A DNA stretch of 64,000 bases from Acidobacteriota bacterium (GTDB taxonomy: Bacteria; Acidobacteriota; UBA6911). Location: contig OY761556.1 of the NCBI GenBank assembly GCA_963664705.1, positions 6,830,880 to 6,894,879 on the forward strand. The letters run 5' to 3'. Under the pieces are notes generated by a model. It searched no databases. It worked only from the letters and a program-made list of their open reading frames with translations, and was not told the DNA's origin. Below, in pieces: positions 39,749-49,537 of this stretch (positions are counted from its first letter, which is position 1; every line of letters begins with the position of its first letter). A program made the position numbers and the translations under genes.

Positions 39749-39879
39749 GTTTTTCCTCTGCCTGACGCCCATGAAAATAGCGTCAATAGATCTTGGACTT
39801 CTTGGATATACCGCATGGATACTGATGGCGCGAGTGTAGCATCGAAGGACCATTCGCGGGTAAGCATTTTACTGCAGAG

Positions 39880-40112
39880 CGCCGCCGTCCCGGCTAATGC
39901 TGCATGATAATTGTTCTGAGCTCTGCGATGCCAGCGAGGCAACAGGCCCGGAGGGCCGAAAGCGAGTAGCCAGGGGTGAAGCGCAGCGAACCCCTGGGAA
40001 GATAAGTGCGAAAAAGAGCCCTGAAAGGGCGAAAGATCGGAATTCTGCCGCCCCTTCAGGGCTTGTTACTGATTTAATCCAATCCAGGGGTTCGCTACTC
40101 TCACCCCTGGCT
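39880..40112. repeat. REP-like cluster, left part (continues at 41653-41800)
   Basis: GTAGCCAGGGGTGAAGCGCAGCGAACCCCTGG and GCCCTGAAAGGGC units; last unit cut at CCCCTGGCT. Confidence 0.85.
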
Positions 40113-40203
40113 GATATGGAGTGATCGGTCAAGTACAATCAATCCGTTCCTTGTTCGTTCATTTTGGTTTTCTTCGGTTCATAAATAAATCAGCCAGTAA
40201 AAA

Positions 40204-40386
40204 GAACAGGGGATCGAGTTGGCAACAGCGACGATAATCAATCTGATATTCGCGGGTCGATAAGCACGCATGACAACTGATTCATCGGGAGCGGCCTCAC
40301 TCTACTTCCGTGGATTCTGGTTTCCCATACCAACATAGCCAGGTCGAGGTTTCTCCTTTCGAAGCCTGGAACTCGATCTCCTGTTC
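40204..40386 (-). ncRNA. Bridge RNA / seekRNA of the IS1111-type element
   Basis: 17-bp enclosing stem with one mismatch; segments CCUGGCUA and AAGUAG match the two target strands, and AUAUCAGA matches the donor junction. Confidence 0.8.
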
Positions 40387-40458
40387 CGTTCACTAACCGA
40401 ATGTTTCCGTTATTAATCCATTGAAGAACAAAATAGCTGCAAGAGCTGGTGCCTTATG

Positions 40459-41553
40459 TCATGCAACACGACCGATAGCCCAGATAAATCCTGCCAATTC
40501 TCGACTTACCGCAACCGCGATCTTTTGTCTTTCTTTCCCTCGGTTGAGCATGCGTCGGAATTTTTGATTCAATCGCTTATCGCAACGTTGTGCAATCTCG
40601 ATAACTTCTGCCGGCAAACACTCTCGTCGTTTCTTGAGAGTTTTGCCAGCTACTGAAGAATGACGGTAGTGCCAGGCGCTTTCGATCAGCACCCTACGTA
40701 GGTGGCTGTTTCCCGTTTTGGTTATCCTTCCCCGTCTTTCAAGTTCACCTGAGCTGCTTTCCGAAGGCACCACCCCAATAGCGGCCATAAACGAAGGCGC
40801 ATCAACGAACCGTCTTAAATCGAGCGCTTCTGCGATAATCGTCATCGCCGTCAGAACCTGAACACCTTTTAGCGCCATCAAATAGCTGACTCGCTTTTGA
40901 TAGTTCGGCTGTTTTGCAACTTCCTCGATTTTTTCCTGGAATTTTTTCAACCGCTCCGTCTGTTGCTCAAGCGCCTGTCGATATTCCTCCAGTACTGTTT
41001 GATCCCCATCATCCTCAAACACAAGGCTCTTAATCCATTTTAGGTGCCCAAGCGACCAGTTCTTGCCCTGCGGATATTTCAATCCACGTCGCATCAGAAA
41101 CCGTGCTAATCGATGCCGTGCTCGCTGCTGGTCTTCCAATGCGTCTTCTCGCGCGCGCACTAGATCTCGCAGACTTTCCTGTTCTTTTTGCGGGATCACA
41201 ATACATGTTAGTTCTCCCGCTCGGTACAATTTGCCCAGGGCTTTCGCATCCAGCTTATCCGTTTTTACTTTTTTCCCCGCTCGTCTCGGGGTCAACGAAG
41301 GGGCCGCAACCTCACAAGAAATCCCATGTTTGGCCAAATAGCGCTGCAAATAGTATCCATTAACGCCCGCTTCGTAGACGCACCGTACATCATCTTCAAA
41401 TGCCCTTAGCTTTTTCGCTAATCGCCCCAGCCCCGTACTGTCGTTTGATACAACAAGTTCTTCTCGTGGGTTACTTTCCTGCCCGCGAAAAACTGCGACG
41501 TTTATCTTTTTTGCTGAATCATCCATCCCTACCCAAGTGATACAATCTGCCAT
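40459..41553 (-). CDS. IS110 family DEDD recombinase/transposase
   Basis: VGMD, YEAG, KTDKLDA (DEDD) and GVVPSESSSG...GRITKTGN (catalytic Ser domain). Confidence 0.96.
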   Translation of the reverse strand: MADCITWVGMDDSAKKINVAVFRGQESNPREELVVSNDSTGLGRLAKKLRAFEDDVRCVYEAGVNGYYLQRYLAKHGISCEVAAPSLTPRRAGKKVKTDKLDAKALGKLYRAGELTCIVIPQKEQESLRDLVRAREDALEDQQRARHRLARFLMRRGLKYPQGKNWSLGHLKWIKSLVFEDDGDQTVLEEYRQALEQQTERLKKFQEKIEEVAKQPNYQKRVSYLMALKGVQVLTAMTIIAEALDLRRFVDAPSFMAAIGVVPSESSSGELERRGRITKTGNSHLRRVLIESAWHYRHSSVAGKTLKKRRECLPAEVIEIAQRCDKRLNQKFRRMLNRGKERQKIAVAVSRELAGFIWAIGRVA

Positions 41554-41799
41554 GATCGGTCTCCTCATGTTTTATGGCTCTGCAGCTTTGTCACCACGAC
41601 TTCAGCTGTAACCCACGATATTACATGCTAGAGACCGATCACTCCATTATGTCTACTTGCTTTCGGCCCTCCGGGCCTGTTGCTCCACTCGCGTCGCAAG
41701 GCTCAGAACAATTCATTGGCGGCATTAACCGTCCCGGTGGGCACCCGCGACGTTGAGGCGGCTGCGCCTTGACGGCGAGACGCCGGCGGTCACGGTGCT

Positions 41800-42924
41800 C
41801 TAGCGTATGATCGCGCCGGATGAAACTACCTCGAAAGCATTGCCCGGAACCGCTTTGAGCTGGTTCAAATCAGTGTCATTCCAGCGCGGATCGGTTGCGC
41901 CGGTGAAGAACCAATCGGATCCATTGTCTGCGAGGATCAGTCCATATTTCTTCATCGCGACCAGGAGGACTTTTGCCGTCCCGGTGAATCCTGAAATATC
42001 GTAGCCGGCCTTCAGCCGAACTCTCAATCCCATGGGAGGTGCGTTCGGATCCGTGTTGCTGCTGGCATAGTGCGTGGCGGGGTGAATGAAAGCCTTCTGC
42101 GTGGATTGCACGGTAAACCTTATGGCATGGTTGATCTGGCCGGCGACAGCTTCGTCATAGCGCACGAGTCCAGGCAATATCGGCAATCCGGCGGCATCTG
42201 CAGAGGTCCAGTAATCAGGGCGCAGCCCATTGGATTTCAGATCGAATACTGCGCCTGATCCACATTGCCATCCGGGAGACTGGTAATGCGAGTCATACAT
42301 TTCATAGAGAAGACAGGAATCCTTTTCCAGGACTAGCACGTGCCGGTCTCCGGTTGAGGAAGCTCCGCCCTCGATCGGGGCATCCGCGGGTATTGGGTAA
42401 GGACCGGGATCGCTTTCATCCGAGTAATCAAAGCTCACTGGCACTTTGGGTTGCGTTCCTGGCACCACGGTGAAAGGGATGCCGTAGGACGGATTGGAGC
42501 CGAAATCGGGATGAAGGTATTTTGTGTTTCCGTTCATGTGTGCGATGTAGTTGGCGGAATTCGGGTCCAAAGGCGCATTGGAAATGTCCTGGTTCCAGGG
42601 ATTGTCGGCAGGAAAAATCTGGCATCCGGAGATCATGGGGAGGCCGGGGCCATGGTCGGACAAAATGTAGTTTGTCAGCAACTGAAGGTCGATGACATTG
42701 ACACTGCCATCTCCATTCAGGTCTCCCGTATTCGATGAGGATCCCGATAAAATTCTGTTTACCAGGTTCTGGATATCAAGGGCGTTGACGGCTCCGTCCC
42801 CATTGATGTCATAGCCCTGTGCGGCGGCTCGGACCGGCAGTATCGCGAAAACATAGAATAGGCAAAGAGCGGCAGCCAGGGGCCACCGCGGCTGGGATCG
42901 CTGTTCATTGCTTTGGCAATTCAC
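41800..42924 (-). CDS. Secreted dockerin type I protein with an uncharacterised C-terminal domain
   Basis: Signal peptide; DINGDGAVNALD and DLNGDGSVNVID duplicated Ca-loops; GDRHVLV, WTSADAAGLPILPGL, YGLILADNG. Confidence 0.8.
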   Translation of the reverse strand: MNCQSNEQRSQPRWPLAAALCLFYVFAILPVRAAAQGYDINGDGAVNALDIQNLVNRILSGSSSNTGDLNGDGSVNVIDLQLLTNYILSDHGPGLPMISGCQIFPADNPWNQDISNAPLDPNSANYIAHMNGNTKYLHPDFGSNPSYGIPFTVVPGTQPKVPVSFDYSDESDPGPYPIPADAPIEGGASSTGDRHVLVLEKDSCLLYEMYDSHYQSPGWQCGSGAVFDLKSNGLRPDYWTSADAAGLPILPGLVRYDEAVAGQINHAIRFTVQSTQKAFIHPATHYASSNTDPNAPPMGLRVRLKAGYDISGFTGTAKVLLVAMKKYGLILADNGSDWFFTGATDPRWNDTDLNQLKAVPGNAFEVVSSGAIIR

Positions 42925-43019
42925 ATTCGGGCTCCTGGAGTAGAGCGAACAGCTTACTACGGAGCCGAAAAGGGAAATGTGACTGAGCTCACCTATGCGG
43001 CAACCAGAAGGGGCAAGTG

Positions 43020-43350
43020 AATTTGGGAGCGCTGCGCTGTGGAAGCGGCTGCGCTCTTGCCGGCGTCTTGCCCGCTTTTTTTTCGGCGTTTTTCTTTCGG
43101 TCCTTCAGGGCTCTTTGAGCTCCGAATGCAACCCCGGGCTCACAAGCTCGCCCAGGGCTGCTAGCTTTTGCGCCTTCGGCGCTTGGTTTAGGTGGAACAA
43201 AAATCCAGGCCCGGAGGGCCGAAAGCAAGTAGCCAGGGGTGAGCGGAGCGAACCCCTGGTAGAATAGTTGGAAAAACAGGAGCCCTGAAGGGGCGAAAGA
43301 ACGGCAATTGCAAAAAAGTAAATTGCATTGTGCCAGACGGCTGCGCTCCC
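43020..43350. repeat. REP-like cluster (uninterrupted)
   Basis: Contains GCGCCTTCGGCGC and AAGTAGCCAGGGG, intact counterparts of both interrupted units. Confidence 0.85.
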
Positions 43351-43355
43351 AGTGC

Positions 43356-44189
43356 TTACTTCTTTCCTCGCTTCTTATACACGCCGAGCCCGGGCTTATA
43401 GGACTTTTCATCGAGGAATTGTTTGAATCCCTCTTCGCGGGCGTGACCTGCAAAGAACAGCATCTGTTCCTGTTTGGATACGAGATAATCCTCCGAGGTG
43501 TCCCATGGAAGCCCTTGAATTCTCTTGAAGGCGTCCTTTGCTGCCTTCACCACGGCAGGATCTTTTGCCAGTAGAACGTCGCAAAGTTCGCGCGTTGCCT
43601 GGCGCAACTGGGCCAGCGGCACGGATTTGTTGACCAGGCCCATTTCAGCGGCTTGCTTTCCGTCGAAAAGTTCACCGGTCAGGATGTAGTAAAGACCGTC
43701 GCGGGTATTCATGGTTTCGGCGACTGCCCGGCTCACGTTGCCAGCCGGCAGGATTCCCCAGTTTATTTCCGAAAGCCCAAATTTGGCTTCGTCGGCGGCG
43801 ATGGCAAGATCGCAGGAAACGACCGGCAGGAATGCTCCGCCAAAGCACCAACCATTTACCATCGCGATGGTAGCTTTCTCAAAATAGCGAAGCCGCCGCC
43901 ATTGCCATTCCCAATTCATCCGGCGTGCCTTGATGGTTGCAATGCGCGGCTGGTTTTTCAGATCTCTGAAGTATTCCTTGATGTCCATGCCCGACGAGAA
44001 AGCGGTCCCTTCCCCGGTCAGTACCAAAACCCCGACATCGTCGCGTGCCTCAACTTCGTCCAGGATTTCGAGCATGCGCATGCTGGTGTCCGGGTTCATG
44101 GCATTTCGTTTTTCCGGCCTGTTGAGCGTGACCCACGCAACACCACTGTCATATTCAAGCTTTACCAAATTATTTATCTCTTTAGCCAT
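43356..44189 (-). CDS. p-Hydroxycinnamoyl-CoA hydratase/lyase (crotonase family)
   Basis: LNRPEKRNAM, GMDIKEYFR, WQWRRL, NGWCFGG, SEINWG..PAGNV, FLDEKSYKPGL. Confidence 0.88.
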   Translation of the reverse strand: MAKEINNLVKLEYDSGVAWVTLNRPEKRNAMNPDTSMRMLEILDEVEARDDVGVLVLTGEGTAFSSGMDIKEYFRDLKNQPRIATIKARRMNWEWQWRRLRYFEKATIAMVNGWCFGGAFLPVVSCDLAIAADEAKFGLSEINWGILPAGNVSRAVAETMNTRDGLYYILTGELFDGKQAAEMGLVNKSVPLAQLRQATRELCDVLLAKDPAVVKAAKDAFKRIQGLPWDTSEDYLVSKQEQMLFFAGHAREEGFKQFLDEKSYKPGLGVYKKRGKK

Positions 44190-44312
44190 AGTCGTTCAGT
44201 CTTTTCGGAAGGAATGTATTTGTGGAATTTGAGAAATACGCGGCGGATACATTGCTGAAGCCGGGGATTACCAGGCAATTTGCCCGGCACTCCCCGGCAA
44301 TTGCAGTCTGGC

Positions 44313-46316
44313 TTAAGCCTTGCCCAGTTTTCCTTTGGCTGCCATTTTGTCGGCGACGCTCTTCAGGCCGAAATCCTCCAGGGTTTTTCGCGTGGGCCAA
44401 CCATGTTCATTATCCCAGCCTTCCAGTGCGTAGAAGTGGTTTTTGAAGTCGTCCACGCCCTTCCGATCGAGATACATGTCGGGGGCGTTGTCGGATCGCC
44501 ACTTGCCGTTTTCATAGATGGGCACGCCACCGTAGATCGCCATGCCTGACGCTCCCGGCTTGTACATATATGGGAAGAAATCTTCTGTCTGTCGGCTTCT
44601 TCCATGCATCACGCGGATGGCTCGTTCCAGCGTCCAGATCTTCTGGCCCATCCGCATGGTATCGGCAAACGAATCATTCTTACCGGTGACGGCCTTGTAG
44701 TACTTCATTTCGATTTCCGGGCTGTCGCCGGTCAGTTCCGGGAGGAACATTTCGCAGAAGCCCATCGATTCGTTCCAGAACCCTGTAAAATGGCGGCTCC
44801 ACGCCACCTGCTTTGCCTTGTGAGGCGAATAGATGCCGGTTTTCCAGGCTTCATCGCCCTTCCACGCGTAGTTGAACATGAAGATATCGTCGGTGTAGGG
44901 AATGGTCTTCTTGGCGAGTTTCCCGAGCGATACCTCCAAGGTGGATCCATCGCGAGGAGTGCCTACGGGGGCCATGAACCCGTGCCATGTTTGATCTCCC
45001 GCTCCGAGGATGTAGCCATAGGCCCAGTCTACCCAAGGCATTGTCCAGTGGCTTGTCGCGCCCCAGGAGGGAAGACGGAGGGCGCAGCTTTCCTTGTCTA
45101 TTTCCAGGCGTCCCCATTTCTCTGCCGCGCGGCAGCATCCTTCGGCCAGCGCATCGCCGATTCCTACGCGCCGTGCGATGGCATCCATCAGGGCCAGCCG
45201 GAAACTCAACTGTCCCCATTGATCCATGGGCAGTGGCGCCGAGTCGATCTGCTTTCCGGGGCCCAGCACTCCCTGATCATAGAGGCATTGGAGATACCAG
45301 CCGAGGCCGGAATCCGTCGGCACCTGTCCATGGTAAATCGGGGGCACTCCGTCGACCTTCATTGTAAAGGCATGGAAATGAGCCGACCAACTGCTGAGGC
45401 CGTATCGTATCAATGCTTCCGCGGCGTGATCCGAATCCTTGCCGCTGAGCCAACCCTGGCAGGCGCACATGGTCTCGCCCCCGTTGTAGTTGCTTCTGCG
45501 GCGATCGCCGCGCAGGCAGGGTGAGCAGGAAGCCGCCCCCGGCTGGATTGCGGCGGGATTTGCCGTTTGCATCTGGTGCAGTCTCGCCTCCACAACCGCT
45601 TTCGGATCGGAAACCTTTACACTGCCGGTCCCTGTGACGCTGATCGCCTTCAAATTCTTGGCCCCGAAAACCGCGCCAAAACCGCCGATGCGTGCACTGA
45701 TGCCGCTGCCGGATATCAGCGCAGCGAGCCTGGATTTGGCTTCACCGATTGGGCCAATGCAAACGATCTGAGGGCGGCCTGTGGTGTAAGCGCTTTCGAT
45801 CTGCTGCCATTCTTCACCGAAGCGGGTTCGCCCGCCGACCATCGATGTAATGCGGGCTTGGGTCTCATACGTGTCCAGACCCCATAGTTCTTTGGCGTCT
45901 TCGATCTTTACCTGATCGTTGACAATATTGATCCACACCGGTTTTTCGGCTTTGCCTTCCACCACAACGCCGTCCCAGCCGGCCAGCTTCATTGTGGTTC
46001 CAAAGCGGCCGCCGAAATTGCCTCGCCAGAACTCGCTGGTAGGGAAAGTCTCGGGGGACATTCCGCAAACGCTGGTTCTTCCGGCTCCAGGGACACCGGT
46101 GCCGGCGAGAGGACTGACAATGAGAGGCAGGACATTGCGCGGGTCATAGGGATCCTTCAGATCCCATTCGCCCGGAGCCACCGCCAGATCCCAGAAGATG
46201 GCAGTCCCGATTCCATAGCCACCTCCAAATTCCTCGTACCTGGCTGTGTCCAGGGTGCTGATTTGCTTGGTTGTCAGATTGACTCTCAATATCTTTCCGA
46301 TGTTTCCGTTTGGCAT
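44313..46316 (-). CDS. Aldehyde ferredoxin oxidoreductase family protein (tungstopterin)
   Basis: GKILRVNLT, NFGGRFG..MKLAGWDG, CIGPIGE, GFGAVFGAKNLKAI, GWD..HGWPTRKTL..FGL. Confidence 0.9.
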   Translation of the reverse strand: MPNGNIGKILRVNLTTKQISTLDTARYEEFGGGYGIGTAIFWDLAVAPGEWDLKDPYDPRNVLPLIVSPLAGTGVPGAGRTSVCGMSPETFPTSEFWRGNFGGRFGTTMKLAGWDGVVVEGKAEKPVWINIVNDQVKIEDAKELWGLDTYETQARITSMVGGRTRFGEEWQQIESAYTTGRPQIVCIGPIGEAKSRLAALISGSGISARIGGFGAVFGAKNLKAISVTGTGSVKVSDPKAVVEARLHQMQTANPAAIQPGAASCSPCLRGDRRRSNYNGGETMCACQGWLSGKDSDHAAEALIRYGLSSWSAHFHAFTMKVDGVPPIYHGQVPTDSGLGWYLQCLYDQGVLGPGKQIDSAPLPMDQWGQLSFRLALMDAIARRVGIGDALAEGCCRAAEKWGRLEIDKESCALRLPSWGATSHWTMPWVDWAYGYILGAGDQTWHGFMAPVGTPRDGSTLEVSLGKLAKKTIPYTDDIFMFNYAWKGDEAWKTGIYSPHKAKQVAWSRHFTGFWNESMGFCEMFLPELTGDSPEIEMKYYKAVTGKNDSFADTMRMGQKIWTLERAIRVMHGRSRQTEDFFPYMYKPGASGMAIYGGVPIYENGKWRSDNAPDMYLDRKGVDDFKNHFYALEGWDNEHGWPTRKTLEDFGLKSVADKMAAKGKLGKA

Positions 46317-46491
46317 CGTCCCTCTCCTTCCCGATGCTTATCGATGGCTTTGCTGGTTTGTGGAGTTAGCGAAGGTGATTTTACTACAGATCGGCAAAAA
46401 AGCGGGAAATTTAGAAGCGGCTCGGGCTGACCGGGATTCCGCGGGATTTGCGAAATTCGCTGCGGAAGTACCACTCTTCATCCTCCGAATT

Positions 46492-47658
46492 TCACAAATC
46501 GGAAGAACGGTAAATATACTTCTTTGGAGCGGAGCCCTTTATCCTGCGCCAAAGCCGGGAAGGCCAGTCTGGATTCATGCAGGGACGCTCGACCGTCAGA
46601 AAGAAGATTGCAGAGGCAACGGCAATGACAGGAAAGCTGAACAGAAGCTCTGCGGTGAAGCTGCTCGAATAGCCGGAGACATTGACTGCCTTGCGAACGG
46701 CCCAGCCCGTTACCCAGATGATGCAGAAATGGACGAGGTAGATGGAATAACACATGCCCCCGATTGTGACGGGGAGCCGTCGGCTGAAAATCCAGTGGGA
46801 AACACGTCCGCGAAAAGCCCCCATATACGCGCAAAAAATGATAAGCGGAAGTGCAATGGATTTCGGATTTGCCATTACTGTGATGACGAGCGCCGGCCAT
46901 GCAATCAGTGATGCCAGATCCCAGGCCATGGAATGAGGGGGGGCTTCATTCAGGTCGGCAACAAAGATGTCTGCCAAAAGAAATCCCGCCAGGAAGTAAT
47001 TGAGATGCCACAGCAGGCAATTGTGGCGGGCTACGAGCCCGGGAGAGGAAATGGCCGTGAGCAGTCCGGTTCCCAATATCGCTGCCGTCAGCAGACCGCG
47101 CCGCAGTTTCGGATTCGGAAGGGAGAAGACAATCGCCAGGAGTGGTGCGAGCAGATAGAACTGGACCTCGATTTCCAAAGACCATGCCACGCCGTTGATA
47201 ACACTGGGTTCGCCATAGATCAGGTTATGTTGATAGAGGAGGCTGGCATATAGATTGTTTAGTTTGGCCAGGTGGCCACCTCCATAGGCCGCGAGGCCGG
47301 CAACAAACAGCACCACCATCGCCACCACATAGGGAGGTTCGATGCGGGTGAGACGCCGCATGTAATAGGCCTTGAGAGAGGGGCGAGGGGCACGGCCCAG
47401 TCTCCATCTTGCGAAAGGGAGGGCAAGAAGAAATCCGCTCAGGACGAAGAAGAGCGGAACGCCAAAGGTTCCGGTCTCAAAAAGATTGGCGACCCGCCGT
47501 TCCAGTGGGCCCCATTCCACTCCCTCCATATGCCGCGAAACAGTGAAAATATGGATGTGGTAAATGACCACGGCGGCGATGGCAACAAAGCGGAGTCCAT
47601 CCACCTCGGGGACAAACCGGCGGTTGGACGAGAGGATGCGGTTGAATGAAAAACGCAC
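46492..47658 (-). CDS. Acyltransferase-3 (OafA-like)
   Basis: DGLRFVA, GVPLFFVLSGF, RRLTRI, WSLEIEVQFY, YSIYLVH, VERP. Confidence 0.93.
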   Translation of the reverse strand: MRFSFNRILSSNRRFVPEVDGLRFVAIAAVVIYHIHIFTVSRHMEGVEWGPLERRVANLFETGTFGVPLFFVLSGFLLALPFARWRLGRAPRPSLKAYYMRRLTRIEPPYVVAMVVLFVAGLAAYGGGHLAKLNNLYASLLYQHNLIYGEPSVINGVAWSLEIEVQFYLLAPLLAIVFSLPNPKLRRGLLTAAILGTGLLTAISSPGLVARHNCLLWHLNYFLAGFLLADIFVADLNEAPPHSMAWDLASLIAWPALVITVMANPKSIALPLIIFCAYMGAFRGRVSHWIFSRRLPVTIGGMCYSIYLVHFCIIWVTGWAVRKAVNVSGYSSSFTAELLFSFPVIAVASAIFFLTVERPCMNPDWPSRLWRRIKGSAPKKYIYRSSDL

Positions 47659-47688
47659 TCGGAGTGCTCCCGGTTTCGGTGGATTTCA

Positions 47689-48324
47689 CTAGCGCTGATT
47701 CCGCATGCTCCAGAGGACTTCGCCAATCTTTCGATCCAGTATGTTCTGGCGGGTATCGTCGGGAGCATTTCCAGCCGGCGGAACGGTATAAAACCCGGTC
47801 AATGCATTGGCATAATATTCCGGGCCCTTCGGGAATTTGACGGCCTGGCTGGTTTGAGGCATCAATGCATTCAGGTACCCTTCCACGAATCCAAGCCGCT
47901 TTTTGGCCGAGTATTTCAGCCAGGCCTGCCCGTCAAAGGATCCGGTTGACTGATCCGTCGTGGCGATTTCCGACTCCGGACTGGCCAGCATCCCCGCGGC
48001 TTTGGCTGCTCGGCGGATCACCTCCACCACCAGCGTCGATTCCTCATCGACCTGTTTTTCATAATAGGAGGATACTGCCGGCTCCAGTTCGTTTTTGTCC
48101 GCGCATAGACGGAGTTCTTTCCGGCAGCCGTCAGAGTTGAAGGCCACGAACCCTTCGATGAATCCCAGTTTCTGATCCTGGGGCGTGTACTTCCACCAAT
48201 TGCCATTGTAGCCCTCGAAGGGCCTGGAACGGTTACAGCCCGGGCTCCCCAGGGCAAGCAGCAGGGAGAAGAGCATTAATAGTGTTATCCGATTCAACCG
48301 GTGTTCGCTCCCGGAGTACGCCAT
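47689..48324 (-). CDS. Hypothetical lipoprotein with an internal duplication
   Basis: SPGC lipobox-like; YNGNWW...KLGFIEGF repeated as FDGQAW...RLGFVEGY. Confidence 0.65.
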   Translation of the reverse strand: MAYSGSEHRLNRITLLMLFSLLLALGSPGCNRSRPFEGYNGNWWKYTPQDQKLGFIEGFVAFNSDGCRKELRLCADKNELEPAVSSYYEKQVDEESTLVVEVIRRAAKAAGMLASPESEIATTDQSTGSFDGQAWLKYSAKKRLGFVEGYLNALMPQTSQAVKFPKGPEYYANALTGFYTVPPAGNAPDDTRQNILDRKIGEVLWSMRNQR

Positions 48325-48466
48325 CTTTTCCTCCAATTCCAAACCACAGGGATTGGCATTTTACCGCGTCGCCCTATTGTTTTGCCAATCCAGATAAGCT
48401 TTAAGCGTAGAGATATCCATGCTCGGTGGAACCGGTTGGGCCAAACTGGGGCTGAAGCCCGGGAGT

Positions 48467-49093
48467 TCAGTGCTTTCCCCACTTTGTTTTATCTACGGCA
48501 TAGGCAGCACCGTCGATTTCCGGAGGCAGAGCCTGCCAGAAGAAGCGGATAGTGGCTATTTTGAGCGTGCCTTTGTCGTCCAGCATCAGTTCATAGAGAG
48601 GCAGGTAATTCTTCCTGACCTTGATCTTGTTGGTGGCCGTTTCGTAAATTGTCGCTTCGAGAAAAGCGACCGCAACCAGCCGTTCTGCATCGATGAAGAC
48701 ATCCAATACCTTGAACTTTTCGTAATCCGAGGGATGTCCCGTCAGCATGCTAAGAAAGGCGTCTCTGCCGGTAATGGCGCCCTCGGGTCCACCGAAGACA
48801 TACATGTACGGGATAAAGGTAAAATTCGGAGCAAGGTAGGTGTCCATCTTGTGGGCAGTCTTTGCATCCTGTGCGCTGGCATTGTATTCAGTAAAATAGT
48901 CATTCATCCACTTGGCAATCTCATCACGCGTCGGCTTCATGGGCTTGCTCTCCAATCCTCGTCCCGGCTCCGGCTTTCCGGTAATTACCAGTGTTCCCGG
49001 AGGGGCTACGGATTTGTTGTCCTGGGCTGTCAATCGGCTGCTGGTGTTGGCGAGAGTAATCATCACTGCGAGCAATAGGATTCTCACGGTCAT
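48467..49093 (-). CDS. Exported NTF2/SnoaL-like protein
   Basis: Signal peptide; YFTEYN...LAPNFTF...ITGRDAF...LKIATIRFFW. Confidence 0.65.
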   Translation of the reverse strand: MTVRILLLAVMITLANTSSRLTAQDNKSVAPPGTLVITGKPEPGRGLESKPMKPTRDEIAKWMNDYFTEYNASAQDAKTAHKMDTYLAPNFTFIPYMYVFGGPEGAITGRDAFLSMLTGHPSDYEKFKVLDVFIDAERLVAVAFLEATIYETATNKIKVRKNYLPLYELMLDDKGTLKIATIRFFWQALPPEIDGAAYAVDKTKWGKH

Positions 49094-49159
49094 GGAGTTC
49101 CTCCCCTTTTTTAGATTGCCTGATTGTATCACCAGTAGTTCTTCAATTCATGATGTTGT

Positions 49160-49535
49160 GGCTGTTTGCCGGAGAGTTCCTTCGTCCCGCTTAATGCCGC
49201 ATATTATTTGCCCGAGAAAGCCGAAGGCACGATGTATCTCAGCCCCGAAGGGGCGGCCAGAACGTAGCCGGGGGTGAGCGCTTTTTGCGAACCCCCGGAT
49301 TGGATTAGTCATGTAACAAGCCCTGACGGGGCGGCAGAATGCTGATCTTTCGCCCCTGCCGGGGCTCTTTCTCGCGCGTATCTCTACCGGGGGTTCGCTG
49401 CGCTTCACCCCCGGCTACGATCTTTCGGCCCTCCGGGCCTGTTGCTTCGCTCGCGTCGCGGGGCCTGGCGCAAGTAATATGCAGGCGAGACGCTGGCGCT
49501 CACAGTGACCGCTTCTACGGCGGCGCTCCCAGTGA
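49160..49535. repeat. REP-like cluster
   Basis: GCCCCGAAGGGGC and GGGGGTTCGCTGCGCTTCACCCCCGGCTAC units. Confidence 0.85.
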
Positions 49536-49537
49536 TG

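Larger units (their letters stand above)
40113..41652 (-). mobile_element. IS110 family, IS1111-type insertion sequence in a REP
   Basis: CT core at 40111-40112 and 41653-41654; 15-bp subterminal IRs ATGGAGTGATCGGTC (40116-40130) and its inverse (41633-41647); long non-coding end 3' of the recombinase. Confidence 0.95.
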
